From: a virus
Taxonomy: Duplodnaviria; Caudoviricetes
DNA: 26,851 bases
Virus record (IMG/VR): IMGVR_UViG_3300011439_000040
Span: 1 to 26,851 of that record
Strand: one strand, 5' to 3'
Shown: one piece after another, positions 7,995-15,592 of the stretch
Position numbering within the stretch: position 1 is the first letter of the stretch
How the letters are laid out: every line of letters starts with the position of its first letter
Notes under the pieces: model-generated
What the model was told of the DNA's origin: nothing
Database searches by the model: none
The model's input: only the letters and a program-made list of their open reading frames with translations
Made by a program: the position numbers and the translations under genes

Positions 7995-8415
7995 CGATCA
8001 CCCCTTCCTGCTCCAGCCTGTCGGCCAGGGCGTAGATGTCCTCTTCGAGGTCGGCTGTCACTCTCGCAGCGCAGGTCGAGATCGAGCGCTGCCCGATCCC
8101 GTGCTTGCCTGCGTAGCGGTAGGCCAGCATGGCCTCCAGCCCTGCGTACTGGTTGATCCGACGGTCGTCGGTTGGCAGGTACGAGGGAGCCGCCATCGCC
8201 ACCAGCACCGCGAAGGGATCCGTATCGAGGCAGTCCTCTTCGAGGAGACAGATGGGCGAGCGGACGGGTATCCCCCGTACCAAGCCGGGGTACAACTGAG
8301 CGCAGTAGCGCGGGACCTTCGTCCACCCCTTCACCTGGAGCCGACGCACTGTCAGTCCCAGGTGGAGGGCGACGGAGGCGTGGGTAGCCTCATGGATCGC
8401 GGTCGGGCTAGGCAC
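7963..8415 (-). CDS. HEXXH metallopeptidase, M41(FtsH)-like stand-alone domain
   Basis: TAIHEATHASVALHLG resembles FtsH TAYHEAGHA; C-terminal IYALADRLEQEGVIDG also resembles M41. Start approximate. Confidence 0.6.
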   Translation of the reverse strand: MPSPTAIHEATHASVALHLGLTVRRLQVKGWTKVPRYCAQLYPGLVRGIPVRSPICLLEEDCLDTDPFAVLVAMAAPSYLPTDDRRINQYAGLEAMLAYRYAGKHGIGQRSISTCAARVTADLEEDIYALADRLEQEGVIDGGRLSLPTV

Positions 8416-8596
8416 CAAGCCTCTGGCTGAGGTCGTGAAGCTGGACGTGCTTCGTCCTGATCTTCGAGCGGACGCTCGCCGACAGCGTCGAGTCCTGCGA
8501 ATCCTTCTTCGCCGACTCGCCTGCCTGGACGACCGCCTCGCGTACGAGGTCGAACTCGACCGGGTTGAGCTTGATCGTGACCGTAGCTTCGGCCAT
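8408..8596 (-). CDS. Hypothetical protein (62 aa, MAEATVTIKL...)
   Basis: ACACGGAGGT RBS at 8606-8615. Confidence 0.75.
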   Translation of the reverse strand: MAEATVTIKLNPVEFDLVREAVVQAGESAKKDSQDSTLSASVRSKIRTKHVQLHDLSQRLGA

Positions 8597-8637
8597 AGAT
8601 CTGACACCTCCGTGTCGTTGATGGTGCAGAACCAGCA

Positions 8638-8668
8638 GCACCTGGCGAGGGGAGCAAGCTCCCCCACC
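8638..8668 (-). repeat. Intergenic hairpin element GGTG-GGGGAGCTTGCTCCCC-TCGCC (copy 1)
   Basis: Near-identical to 10744-10777. Confidence 0.8.
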
Positions 8669-8670
8669 AG

Positions 8671-8817
8671 CTACTTCCGCTTCTTCGCTCGCGCCCGGCA
8701 TGCCTCCATGCCGATGCAGTAGCGGTTGCCCGTGAACCGGGAGTACACGTACTGGCCCTCCCGCACCCTCTTACCGCAGAGGGCGCAGGAGTAGCCAGCC
8801 TTCGGCTTGGCAGCCAC
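8671..8817 (-). CDS. 48-aa basic Zn-finger mini-protein (not in ORF track)
   Basis: MAAKPKAGYSCALCGKRVREGQYVYSRFTGNRYCIGMEACRARAKKRK; starts 1 nt after the upstream stop. Confidence 0.7.
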   Translation of the reverse strand: MAAKPKAGYSCALCGKRVREGQYVYSRFTGNRYCIGMEACRARAKKRK

Positions 8818-8818
8818 G

Positions 8819-9925
8819 CTACTTCACCGCCAGAGCGACCTTCTCCCACGACTTCTCGGGCATCTGAGCGAGGGACCAACCGAGGCCCTCGATCTCCGCC
8901 TGACGGTCGAAGGACTCGACCGTCTTCGCGGCTGCCGTGAAGGCGTTGAGCATGCCCCACTGACCCTTGCCGATCCCGTTGGGATCCGCAGCGAGGGAGA
9001 GCATGACCGCCTCTTCCTCGGCCTCGGAGAGGCTGAACTCCTTCGCCAGCACCTTCGTCGCAGCCACCGGGCTGACGACCTCGATGCCGGACAGGCCCTG
9101 AAGCTGGTCCACGACCGTGTTGAACGCGGCCTCGGAACAGGTGTGACGGAGCGTGTCCCGAGCGGCGAGCCAGAAGGCGACATCGTCCGCCGCCAGGGCC
9201 TCGTTCGAGAGGACTCCCTCGTCCTCGCGCTTGCCAACGTGGCGAGCGTTGAGGGCCTTCGTCGTCGTCATCCCGTTGGTGCAGATGAGGACGAGCATGA
9301 ACCCGGAGATGGTCAGGGAACCTGCCCCGATCTCGGAGTTCTTGATCTCGACGCCCCACCGGACGGTGTCGCCGACCGACTTCACGTCCCGCTCCAGAGC
9401 GGGGAACAGTGCCCGGATGTACAGGCGCTGCTCGGTGACGGCAGCCTGGTGGAACTGCACCTCGGTGCCGAGGTTGTCGAACTCGGGGAGCAGGGTCCGG
9501 GCGATCTCGATGTGATCGAGACGGCGGAAGCGGTCGGACATCCAGCCGCGTCCCGTCATGTTCCCGGTCGGGTTCGTGTAGCCCCGGATCATGCGAGCCT
9601 TCGGCTCGTTCATCATCCAGTGCCGCACGTTCTCCTCGAAGAGGCCAGGTGCATCGACCTTCATCCGGTCGAAGTACCGCTTCGGGATCCCCAGATCAGT
9701 GCTGATCTGGCCCTGCATGTGATCCGTGAGGTTGAAGTAGCGAAGCTCGTCGCCCGGCGTGTCGAGCGCAAGCTCGACTTCCTTGGTGACCGAGCCGTCG
9801 TTCCTCGGGACATCCACGACCGAGACGCCCATCGAGCGGGTGTCTGCGATCACGTCGTACTTGCGGCGGTCTTCCGCCACGATCCTCGACATCAGCGCGT
9901 CGAGGCTCTCGACTGTGCGAGTCAT
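8819..9925 (-). CDS. DUF932-like protein
   Basis: VGDTVRWGVEIKNSEIGAGSL..LICTNGM..RHVG and QWGMLNAFTA are characteristic of this family; ACACGGAGGT RBS. Confidence 0.75.
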   Translation of the reverse strand: MTRTVESLDALMSRIVAEDRRKYDVIADTRSMGVSVVDVPRNDGSVTKEVELALDTPGDELRYFNLTDHMQGQISTDLGIPKRYFDRMKVDAPGLFEENVRHWMMNEPKARMIRGYTNPTGNMTGRGWMSDRFRRLDHIEIARTLLPEFDNLGTEVQFHQAAVTEQRLYIRALFPALERDVKSVGDTVRWGVEIKNSEIGAGSLTISGFMLVLICTNGMTTTKALNARHVGKREDEGVLSNEALAADDVAFWLAARDTLRHTCSEAAFNTVVDQLQGLSGIEVVSPVAATKVLAKEFSLSEAEEEAVMLSLAADPNGIGKGQWGMLNAFTAAAKTVESFDRQAEIEGLGWSLAQMPEKSWEKVALAVK

Positions 9926-10182
9926 GCTGGTGTTACCTCCGTGTTCGTCGTGCGTTGGACGGCTCTCTGAGCCGCTGGTGTCTGAAGAATGGCGAGCTTG
10001 TCCCAGAAGGCGTAGCCTCGCTCCAGCTTCAGGATCGGCTCGGGCAGCGAACCCCGAGCCACTGCGTCGAAGACGCTCTGCGGGTTCCGGTAGCCCATCA
10101 CCTCGGCTACCTGGAACGAGTCGAGCAGGCGGTCCTTGACCGCCTCCGCAAACTTGGTCGTACTGATTGGCCTTGGGGCCAT
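9922..10182 (-). CDS. AlpA/excisionase-like HTH regulator
   Basis: LLDSFQVAEVMGYRNPQSVFDAVARGSLPEPI..FW; AAGGAG SD. Confidence 0.75.
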   Translation of the reverse strand: MAPRPISTTKFAEAVKDRLLDSFQVAEVMGYRNPQSVFDAVARGSLPEPILKLERGYAFWDKLAILQTPAAQRAVQRTTNTEVTPA

Positions 10183-10231
10183 ACTCCTTCCCTTCGTCGT
10201 CGGGTCAGTGCTGAACATCCGCACTGGGCAA

Positions 10232-10266
10232 CTGCCATCTTACCAGATGGCAGCACCCACTGTCGG
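10232..10266 (-). promoter_or_regulatory. Extended -10 promoter (TGG-TAAGAT) buried in palindromic operator CTGCCATCT-N4-AGATGGCAG
   Basis: 9-bp perfect inverted repeat at 10232-10253; the 12-mer at 10243-10254 is the reverse complement of 11699-11710. Confidence 0.65.
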
Positions 10267-10271
10267 ACGTA

Positions 10272-10700
10272 CTAGGCCGGGACCTCGGTCTTCGACCGTT
10301 CGACATGCCTTCGGAACTCGACGGCGCTGTCATCCAGTTTGCGAGTCACGTGCCGCTTCAAGAAGCTGGTGCGCGACTCGTCCTTGAACGATGCGTTCGT
10401 GGACAGGCCGATGTGAGCGATCACGTCTTCCTTCGTGATCGGCATGTCGCCGTCCTGGTTGCGGAGCGAAGCTCCGTAGAGGTCCTCGACCAGTGCGATC
10501 CTGGCCCAGACCTCGGCGGCGTTGTCCTCCGTGATGCGCCCGATACCCGTGTTGAGCGAGTGCCAGATCAGCGCGGTCGTGACGGGGTTCCAGAGCTTGT
10601 CGCCCTTCTTCGTCCCGTCCGAAGGCCAGTCCTGCGTGGCGATCACAGTCGTGACCGTCTCGTAGTCCTTCACATCCTTCACTGACCAAGTCAGTGCCAT
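10272..10700 (-). CDS. Hypothetical phage protein (142 aa)
   Basis: ACACGGAGGT RBS in hairpin CATCAC-ACGGAG-GTGATG. Confidence 0.8.
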   Translation of the reverse strand: MALTWSVKDVKDYETVTTVIATQDWPSDGTKKGDKLWNPVTTALIWHSLNTGIGRITEDNAAEVWARIALVEDLYGASLRNQDGDMPITKEDVIAHIGLSTNASFKDESRTSFLKRHVTRKLDDSAVEFRRHVERSKTEVPA

Positions 10701-10743
10701 GCGTCATCACCTCCGTGTGATGTTGGGTGATGCGAGACGTACC

Positions 10744-10777
10744 GCACCGGGCGAGGGGGAGCAAGCTCCCCCCACCC
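10744..10777 (-). repeat. Intergenic hairpin element (copy 2 of 8638-8668)
   Basis: GGTG-GGGGGAGCTTGCTCCCCC-TCGCC. Confidence 0.8.
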
Positions 10778-10789
10778 GCTGTCGGACGG

Positions 10790-11335
10790 CTAGTTGTCCT
10801 CGTCCTCCGGGTCCGGGTTGGCCGGGGCAGCAGCGAGGTTCACAAGACCCTCGATCCGCTGCGACTGCTCTTCGAGCCGCGCCTCCAGGCTGGAGACACG
10901 GGACCCGAGGGTGTCCACGGCGTCGAGAACGACGATGGCGGCGCGAGCGATCTCGCCCCACTCCTCGTCCTCCCGCTTCGTCCCGGCGAACTCCCCGAGC
11001 GTGATGAGAGCCTCGCTGAAAGACGGAAGCTCCGTCTCGACCTGCTCGACCGAGTAGCTCACGTCCTCGAAGACCCAGGTGAAGCTGTTCTGGTCCTCGA
11101 CCTCGTTGCCATCGGAGATGGCCTCGCGAGCCTTCTCCTCCGCCTCGTCCTCGTCGTCCGCCTCGATGACGAGGAGGACCTCGCCTCCAGAGGAGGAGAT
11201 CTCCTCGGACGACCAGTACGAGTCGTCGCTCTCGACGGTCACGCCGTCCACGTCGTTGATCTCGCGCTCGATGTTGCCATCGAACTCGATGGACGTGCCG
11301 AGTGAGAACGTGACGTTCACGTTGTACTTGGGCAT
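10790..11335 (-). CDS. Highly acidic protein, candidate DNA mimic
   Basis: About 48 D/E vs about 10 K/R in 181 aa (manual count); RBS in hairpin GACAC-ACGGAG-GTGTC. Confidence 0.75.
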   Translation of the reverse strand: MPKYNVNVTFSLGTSIEFDGNIEREINDVDGVTVESDDSYWSSEEISSSGGEVLLVIEADDEDEAEEKAREAISDGNEVEDQNSFTWVFEDVSYSVEQVETELPSFSEALITLGEFAGTKREDEEWGEIARAAIVVLDAVDTLGSRVSSLEARLEEQSQRIEGLVNLAAAPANPDPEDEDN

Positions 11336-11354
11336 GTAGCTGACACCTCCGTGT

Positions 11355-11686
11355 GTCGTCGTACGGAACCGTTATCGGCACCGTGGGCGAGGTCCGTTCG
11401 GAGCGGACCCCACCGATGGTGTCGCATAGGTTGAGTGGTTGGCAGCGTCCGGGCTTCCCCCGGCGGCTTCGTCACGACGTTGCCTCTCGCACCCCCTGCC
11501 TCTCCGCCTAGTTCGCTGGCCTACGCTGCCCCATGGCTCGGAGGAGGTGCGGTCGGCGATGCTGACCGTGACTCACTCGCTGCTGCAGACTCAAGGCTCG
11601 GGATCAGGCTGCTGGGATCATCCAGGGCCGGAACCGCTTGCCTCCTCCGCCGGAACCCCGTTCAATCGGGCCGACTTCGGTGCTGC
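11355..11686 (-). ncRNA. Large structured RNA / 5' leader, copy A
   Basis: Collinear 12-17 nt identical blocks shared with 15818-16216, compensatory changes, no credible ORF, upstream promoter. Confidence 0.75.
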
Positions 11687-11692
11687 CCCACC

Positions 11693-11762
11693 AATGTAGC
11701 TGCCATCTGGCCGTCGTCAAGCAGTCCGAACAGACTCCGAACAGGCCAGCAGCAAGCTGCTG
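11693..11762 (-). promoter_or_regulatory. Promoter A: TTGACG-N16-TACATT, operator CCAGATGGCAGC, upstream 11-bp-period direct repeat and hairpin
   Basis: TCCGAACAG at 11725-11733 and 11736-11744; hairpin at 11747-11762; same layout as promoter B. Confidence 0.7.
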
Positions 11763-11795
11763 AAGGTGCGGGTGAGTCGTGAAACGACCGCGCCC

Positions 11796-12119
11796 TCAGA
11801 CGCTCGCGTCGTGATCCGTGTGGACGTACACCTTGTCCGTGGCGCGGAGCATCAGGTCGAAGACCTGGCCCTTCTCGCCTCGAAGCTCGACCAGAATCCG
11901 CTTGCCGAAGCTCTCCTCGAAGAGGACGACGAAGCGCTCCCCACGACGATGGATGACATCCCCCCGCCGAAGGCGGTAGGCCGACTTGAAACCGCTCCAC
12001 CCGTCCATCGAGCATGGATCGCAGATCCATGACATCTCGTCCGGGTCGAGCATGTAGACCTCGCATCCGCAGATGCCGCAGGTCGAGAGGACTCCGTCCT
12101 CCACGTGCCCTTCGTGCAT
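11796..12119 (-). CDS. Zn-ribbon + beta-rich protein (107 aa)
   Basis: MHEGH..CGICGC..CDPC; ACACGGAGGT RBS at 12124-12133. Confidence 0.75.
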   Translation of the reverse strand: MHEGHVEDGVLSTCGICGCEVYMLDPDEMSWICDPCSMDGWSGFKSAYRLRRGDVIHRRGERFVVLFEESFGKRILVELRGEKGQVFDLMLRATDKVYVHTDHDASV

Positions 12120-12169
12120 GTGTACCTCCGTGTTTGTGGGACGACGGCGGGGCCTCGAAGGCCCCACCG

Positions 12170-12553
12170 TTATGCCACCCGCACGTCCTTCGGATCGAGC
12201 GCGGTGCAGTGGTTCCACCGCTGACCTTCGGTCTGGTGCGCTCCACCACCGGGGATGTCGCATTCCACCTCGACGCCGTACGGTCCATTCGGACCGATCA
12301 CCTTGTAGGTGCCGCCCCAGTAGTGCGACCAGTAGGTCGCCCCGATCACGTGACCCGTGGGAGCAAGCTCCTCCTCTTCACGATCAGAGATCGTGAACTG
12401 GATCGTAAGCTCCTCCGGGCTGCACTTCTCGAAGACGCCGGAATCCCAGCGGACTGAGATCAGTCCGCTCCGCAGCGTCCCCTCCACGGTGCCGAGGTGA
12501 CCACCTCGGGAGTCCTCGATGAGGACTCTCATGCCCCGCTCGAAGCCCCTCAC
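12170..12553 (-). CDS. Hypothetical protein, SH3-like beta barrel(s)
   Basis: GMRVLI..GTVEG..ISVRWDSG pattern; GTGA overlap. Confidence 0.65.
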   Translation of the reverse strand: MRGFERGMRVLIEDSRGGHLGTVEGTLRSGLISVRWDSGVFEKCSPEELTIQFTISDREEEELAPTGHVIGATYWSHYWGGTYKVIGPNGPYGVEVECDIPGGGAHQTEGQRWNHCTALDPKDVRVA

Positions 12554-12864
12554 GACCGCACCGCCGGGATCCGTTCGATCCGAATAGCCACTACGTGGCT
12601 GCCGAGGATCTCCTTCATCGCGGCGATCTCGTCCAGCATGTCTTCGAGGTCCATCTCATGCACGTCGCTGGAAGCGACGACCTTCCCGAAGAAGCCGTAC
12701 TCACCCTGGACACCGTTATCGACGTAGTCGATCCGGGTCACGATGCTGCGGTCGGCGACGAAGTCGCAGTAGGACTCGAACTCCTCGCAGCCGCACTCAG
12801 GGCAGTGGTCACTGCCCTGGCGGTGAGTGCCGCAGTGGCAGTGAGTCCATGTGTGCTTGCCCAT
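12550..12864 (-). CDS. Zn-binding hypothetical protein (104 aa)
   Basis: CHCGTH..HCPECGC; ACACGGAGGT RBS at 12870-12879. Confidence 0.75.
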   Translation of the reverse strand: MGKHTWTHCHCGTHRQGSDHCPECGCEEFESYCDFVADRSIVTRIDYVDNGVQGEYGFFGKVVASSDVHEMDLEDMLDEIAAMKEILGSHVVAIRIERIPAVRS

Positions 12865-12879
12865 CTCACACCTCCGTGT

Positions 12880-12940
12880 GATCCTCCGTTCCACCGGAAC
12901 GGAACGGCAGAGCCTCGAAGGCTCCACCGACCCCATCCGC
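12880..12940 (-). repeat. Two-hairpin intergenic cassette R1
   Basis: GCGGA..TCGGTG[hairpin]TGCCGT[CCGTTCC-GGT-GGAACGG]..ACACGGAGG. Confidence 0.85.
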
Positions 12941-13251
12941 TAGAGATCTACGATCTCGAAGTCAGCACCCTGCCGGGTCCTGAACGCCTTGATCGGCTTC
13001 AGCGCTGCCTTGTAGGCAGCGGGAGTGGCACGGTCGAGGTTCTCGCGAGCCTCCCACGTACCGTCGCCCTCGATCAACTCCTGCAGCTTCGCTGCAGCCC
13101 GGCAAGGCTTCGGCCAGTAGGCCCAGCCGTCCGAGTTTCGATTCGTCCACCGCTCCAGGTTCTGGAGCGTCTCCGTGGCGGGACCGAGGACCGGGTGAGC
13201 CGCGAAGCGGCTTCGTGCCTCCTCGATGTCCCAGGTGTTCATGAAGCGCAT
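12940..13251 (-). CDS. Hypothetical phage protein (MRFMNTWDIE..NSDGWAYWPKP)
   Basis: ACACGGAGGT RBS at 13257-13266. Confidence 0.8.
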   Translation of the reverse strand: MRFMNTWDIEEARSRFAAHPVLGPATETLQNLERWTNRNSDGWAYWPKPCRAAAKLQELIEGDGTWEARENLDRATPAAYKAALKPIKAFRTRQGADFEIVDL

Positions 13252-13266
13252 GCTGTACCTCCGTGT

Positions 13267-13324
13267 CATCCATTCCACCGGAATGGAACGGCAGCGGCTC
13301 GAAGCCGCCACCGACCCTGTCCGC
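13267..13324 (-). repeat. Two-hairpin intergenic cassette R2
   Basis: Same layout as R1 with compensatory changes (CCATTCC/GGAATGG; GCGGC/GCCGC). Confidence 0.85.
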
Positions 13325-13710
13325 TAGATCTCCTCTTCGAGGACCCCGGCCCACTGAAGAAGCTCGACATCCCCGTTGGGGATGAACATCGCCAGGCCCT
13401 GAAGCTCGGCGATCTCTCCGTAGGAGATGCTCTCGGCCTGGATCACGGAGCGAAGCTCCTCCAGCCGCTCGGGGATCGTCCCATCCCCTTCGGGGATGAT
13501 GATCTCCTTGCAGGCCATCAGGCCGCTTGCCAGCCGAGGGATGACGTAGTCATCCAGGGTCCAGCCAGCGTTGTCCTCGCCTCGAATCAGGACGACGAGT
13601 CGTCCTGTGCCGCCGTCGGGGAACCGATGTCCGTAGACCTCGTACCCGCTCGGCAAGTAGGCGGCGACTTCGTCGCTGCGCCTTGCTCCGCTCACTGCTG
13701 CATACCTCAT
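13324..13710 (-). CDS. Hypothetical phage protein (GEDNAGWTLDDYVIPRLASG)
   Basis: ACACGGAGGT RBS at 13716-13725. Confidence 0.8.
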   Translation of the reverse strand: MRYAAVSGARRSDEVAAYLPSGYEVYGHRFPDGGTGRLVVLIRGEDNAGWTLDDYVIPRLASGLMACKEIIIPEGDGTIPERLEELRSVIQAESISYGEIAELQGLAMFIPNGDVELLQWAGVLEEEI

Positions 13711-13725
13711 GTCCTACCTCCGTGT

Positions 13726-13783
13726 CCACCGTTCCACCGGAACGGCACGGCAGGGTCCAGAGGACCCCACCGAACCCATCCGC
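13726..13783 (-). repeat. Two-hairpin intergenic cassette R3
   Basis: Same layout; first hairpin GGGTCC-TCT-GGACCC. Confidence 0.85.
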
Positions 13784-13792
13784 CGGGTCGTT

Positions 13793-14566
13793 CTATCGAA
13801 CGAAGCCGCTCGTCCGATCCTGCCGGGCCTTGCCCTTAGCCTTCAGCCCGACGATGACCCCAGAGGGGTCAAGGAACCGAAGGTCTGACTTGTCACCGTC
13901 GAAGACGGGACGCCCCATGTACTCGCTCGGGACGCTGTGGAACACAGCGGCGACGTTGATCCCGTTCGCCAGGGCTACCGATGCCTTGGCATCGTTGTTC
14001 TCGGCGAGGGAGAACGTCAGCGAGTAGTTCGGGATGTCAGAGACATCCCGGTCGGGGTGCTTCGTGTAGTCGTAGAAGACCACATCGGGGTGACGCTCGA
14101 AGAGCGTCTGGCCCTCCAGCTTGATCGACTCCCAGCGAAGATCGCTGGTGCCGTTGAGCCGCACGGCAGGCTGAAAGCCTTTCCGCGCCGCTCTCCGCTT
14201 GTGGGTGGCGATCTCGGCGTCCAGCACCTGGAGGAACTCGTTCCTCCGAGCGAAGTACCACGCCGTCCTGAGACGGCGTTTCCTCTGGATCGCGTTGTCG
14301 GCTTCGCCCTTGGCGAAGATCCCGCCACGCCCTGCAGTGTTGAGACAGGCTGCTTCGCAGCCTGCCGTGGCGTTGCTGCAGACCTGAAAGCCAGAGGCTT
14401 TCGCCGGGGCCAGGTGCATGATGGCTGTAAGCCATCCGTCCTTCTCGCCCTTCTCGACCTTCTGATTCGTGGTCAACAGACCACGGATGGCACCGCCGAA
14501 GACCTCTTCGAGGTCGTACTCGACTCCACCAGCCGTCGCCAACCGCTGAAAGCGGTCAATGTCCAT
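13793..14566 (-). CDS. GP88-like protein (3-Cys, radical-SAM-like fold suspected)
   Basis: CSNATAGCEAACLNTAGRG, VRLNGTSD, FYDYTK, DGDKSDLRFLD, VGLKAKG. Start placed by spacing from the RBS at 14577-14585. Confidence 0.75.
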   Translation of the reverse strand: MDIDRFQRLATAGGVEYDLEEVFGGAIRGLLTTNQKVEKGEKDGWLTAIMHLAPAKASGFQVCSNATAGCEAACLNTAGRGGIFAKGEADNAIQRKRRLRTAWYFARRNEFLQVLDAEIATHKRRAARKGFQPAVRLNGTSDLRWESIKLEGQTLFERHPDVVFYDYTKHPDRDVSDIPNYSLTFSLAENNDAKASVALANGINVAAVFHSVPSEYMGRPVFDGDKSDLRFLDPSGVIVGLKAKGKARQDRTSGFVR

Positions 14567-14608
14567 ACGCACCATCCCTCCGTGTACACCGCTCCACTTG
14601 GAGCGGAA

Positions 14609-14662
14609 GGCCAGTCCGGGGAATCGAACCCCGGCTCCCAGAGGGAGCCTGCCAAGGCTGGC
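14609..14662 (-). ncRNA. tRNA-like element (acceptor + T arm, no D stem, no CCA)
   Basis: GCCAGCC/GACTGGC acceptor (one C-A mismatch), CGGGG-TTCGATT-CCCCG T arm, middle stem GCTCCC-TCT-GGGAGC. Confidence 0.55.
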
Positions 14663-14668
14663 TGACGA

Positions 14669-14758
14669 TCACCGCTTCGCGGCGGTGACCATGGCAACTC
14701 CGACGTTGCCGAGATTGCTCTTCTGAGCAATCAGGTTGAGCAACTGCACACGGGTCAT
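14669..14758 (-). CDS. 29-aa peptide MTRVQLLNLIAQKSNLGNVGVAMVTAAKR (not in ORF track)
   Basis: Own ACACGGAGGAAGGAGG RBS (14764-14779) preceded by a UUCG hairpin. Confidence 0.7.
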   Translation of the reverse strand: MTRVQLLNLIAQKSNLGNVGVAMVTAAKR

Positions 14759-14795
14759 CTGACCCTCCTTCCTCCGTGTCGTGACCCCGAAGGGG

Positions 14796-15281
14796 TCAGC
14801 CGTACAGCTTCGAGATCACTTCGGGATCGAAGATCCCGAGGCCCTTCCCGAACACGCCGACGCTCTTGCACATCTCAACCAGGGACTGGTTGAGGCCCTG
14901 CTTGGGGAACTGCGATTGCGGCAGCCGAATCCTGACGGCAGAGCCGTCATCGAGCATGCCGAAGCAGTAGCTCAGGTCCCACATCGGGAAGTCCCGATCC
15001 GTCACAAGGCGAAGCCTTGTGATCCGCTTGATCCGCTTGTCGCCGAGGTTGACAACCTCGGAGGCTCGCATCTGGAGGAGCTTCTGCTCCTCGGTGATCG
15101 TGTTGACCTCGACAGCACCGTAGGTGCTGGTCACCGTGCCGCCACCGACGTAGTCGGTGTACTCGGCTTCGACCCGAGCGTACTCCGAAGCGACTTCGTC
15201 GCTTGTCACCTTCTCGGCGGCGACTACGTCGTCCCACATCTCCCGCTCTGCATCCTGCAGAGCATCGCTCCAGCTAGGCAT
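14796..15281 (-). CDS. Hypothetical phage protein (161 aa, WDLSYCFG)
   Basis: ACACGGAGGT RBS at 15286-15295. Confidence 0.8.
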   Translation of the reverse strand: MPSWSDALQDAEREMWDDVVAAEKVTSDEVASEYARVEAEYTDYVGGGTVTSTYGAVEVNTITEEQKLLQMRASEVVNLGDKRIKRITRLRLVTDRDFPMWDLSYCFGMLDDGSAVRIRLPQSQFPKQGLNQSLVEMCKSVGVFGKGLGIFDPEVISKLYG

Positions 15282-15352
15282 ACGTACCTCCGTGTCAATC
15301 CCTTCACCGAAGGGATTCGGCCAGGCCGCGCTGTGTCGGCCAGACCGAATCA

Positions 15353-15592
15353 CTACTGTGATTCGCCGAGCAGAATCGCCCGGCAGGAAGTGCAGTCCAC
15401 CCTTTCAGGGTGGCCGTAGCCCGTCGCCGAGCCGATGCCCCAGAAGCTCTCACCGCAAGCGGTGAGGAACGTGCGCTTGTCCTCGCGGTGTGCGAGGTGG
15501 GTGCCGATCACATCTTCGATGTGAAAGGAGGCCAGGGGCACCTCGGCGTGGACCGAACCGTCCCGCCAGGGCCTCAGAATGAGGCCATGCAC
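15353..15592 (-). CDS. Zn-binding hypothetical protein (H..TACG..VDCTSC)
   Basis: TAGTG coupling with the upstream gene. Confidence 0.65.
   Translation of the reverse strand: MHGLILRPWRDGSVHAEVPLASFHIEDVIGTHLAHREDKRTFLTACGESFWGIGSATGYGHPERVDCTSCRAILLGESQ

Noticed and set aside
11435-11782. ORFs over RNA copy A (and 15800-16303 over copy B)
   Set aside because: No RBS; conservation between copies follows base pairing with variable-length hairpin inserts, not a protein pattern.
12870-13783. CRISPR array (repeats plus a Cas4-like gene in the window)
   Set aside because: The repeats are degenerate and separated by whole genes of 300-400 nt; there is no cas1/cas2, and solo Cas4-like nucleases are common in phages.
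8807-13839. Long + strand ORFs (8807-9970, 12595-13839 and similar)
   Set aside because: Antisense shadows of high-GC minus-strand genes, with no motifs or RBS.
14609-14662. Functional tRNA gene
   Set aside because: No D stem, no 7-nt anticodon loop, no CCA; kept only as a tRNA-like element.
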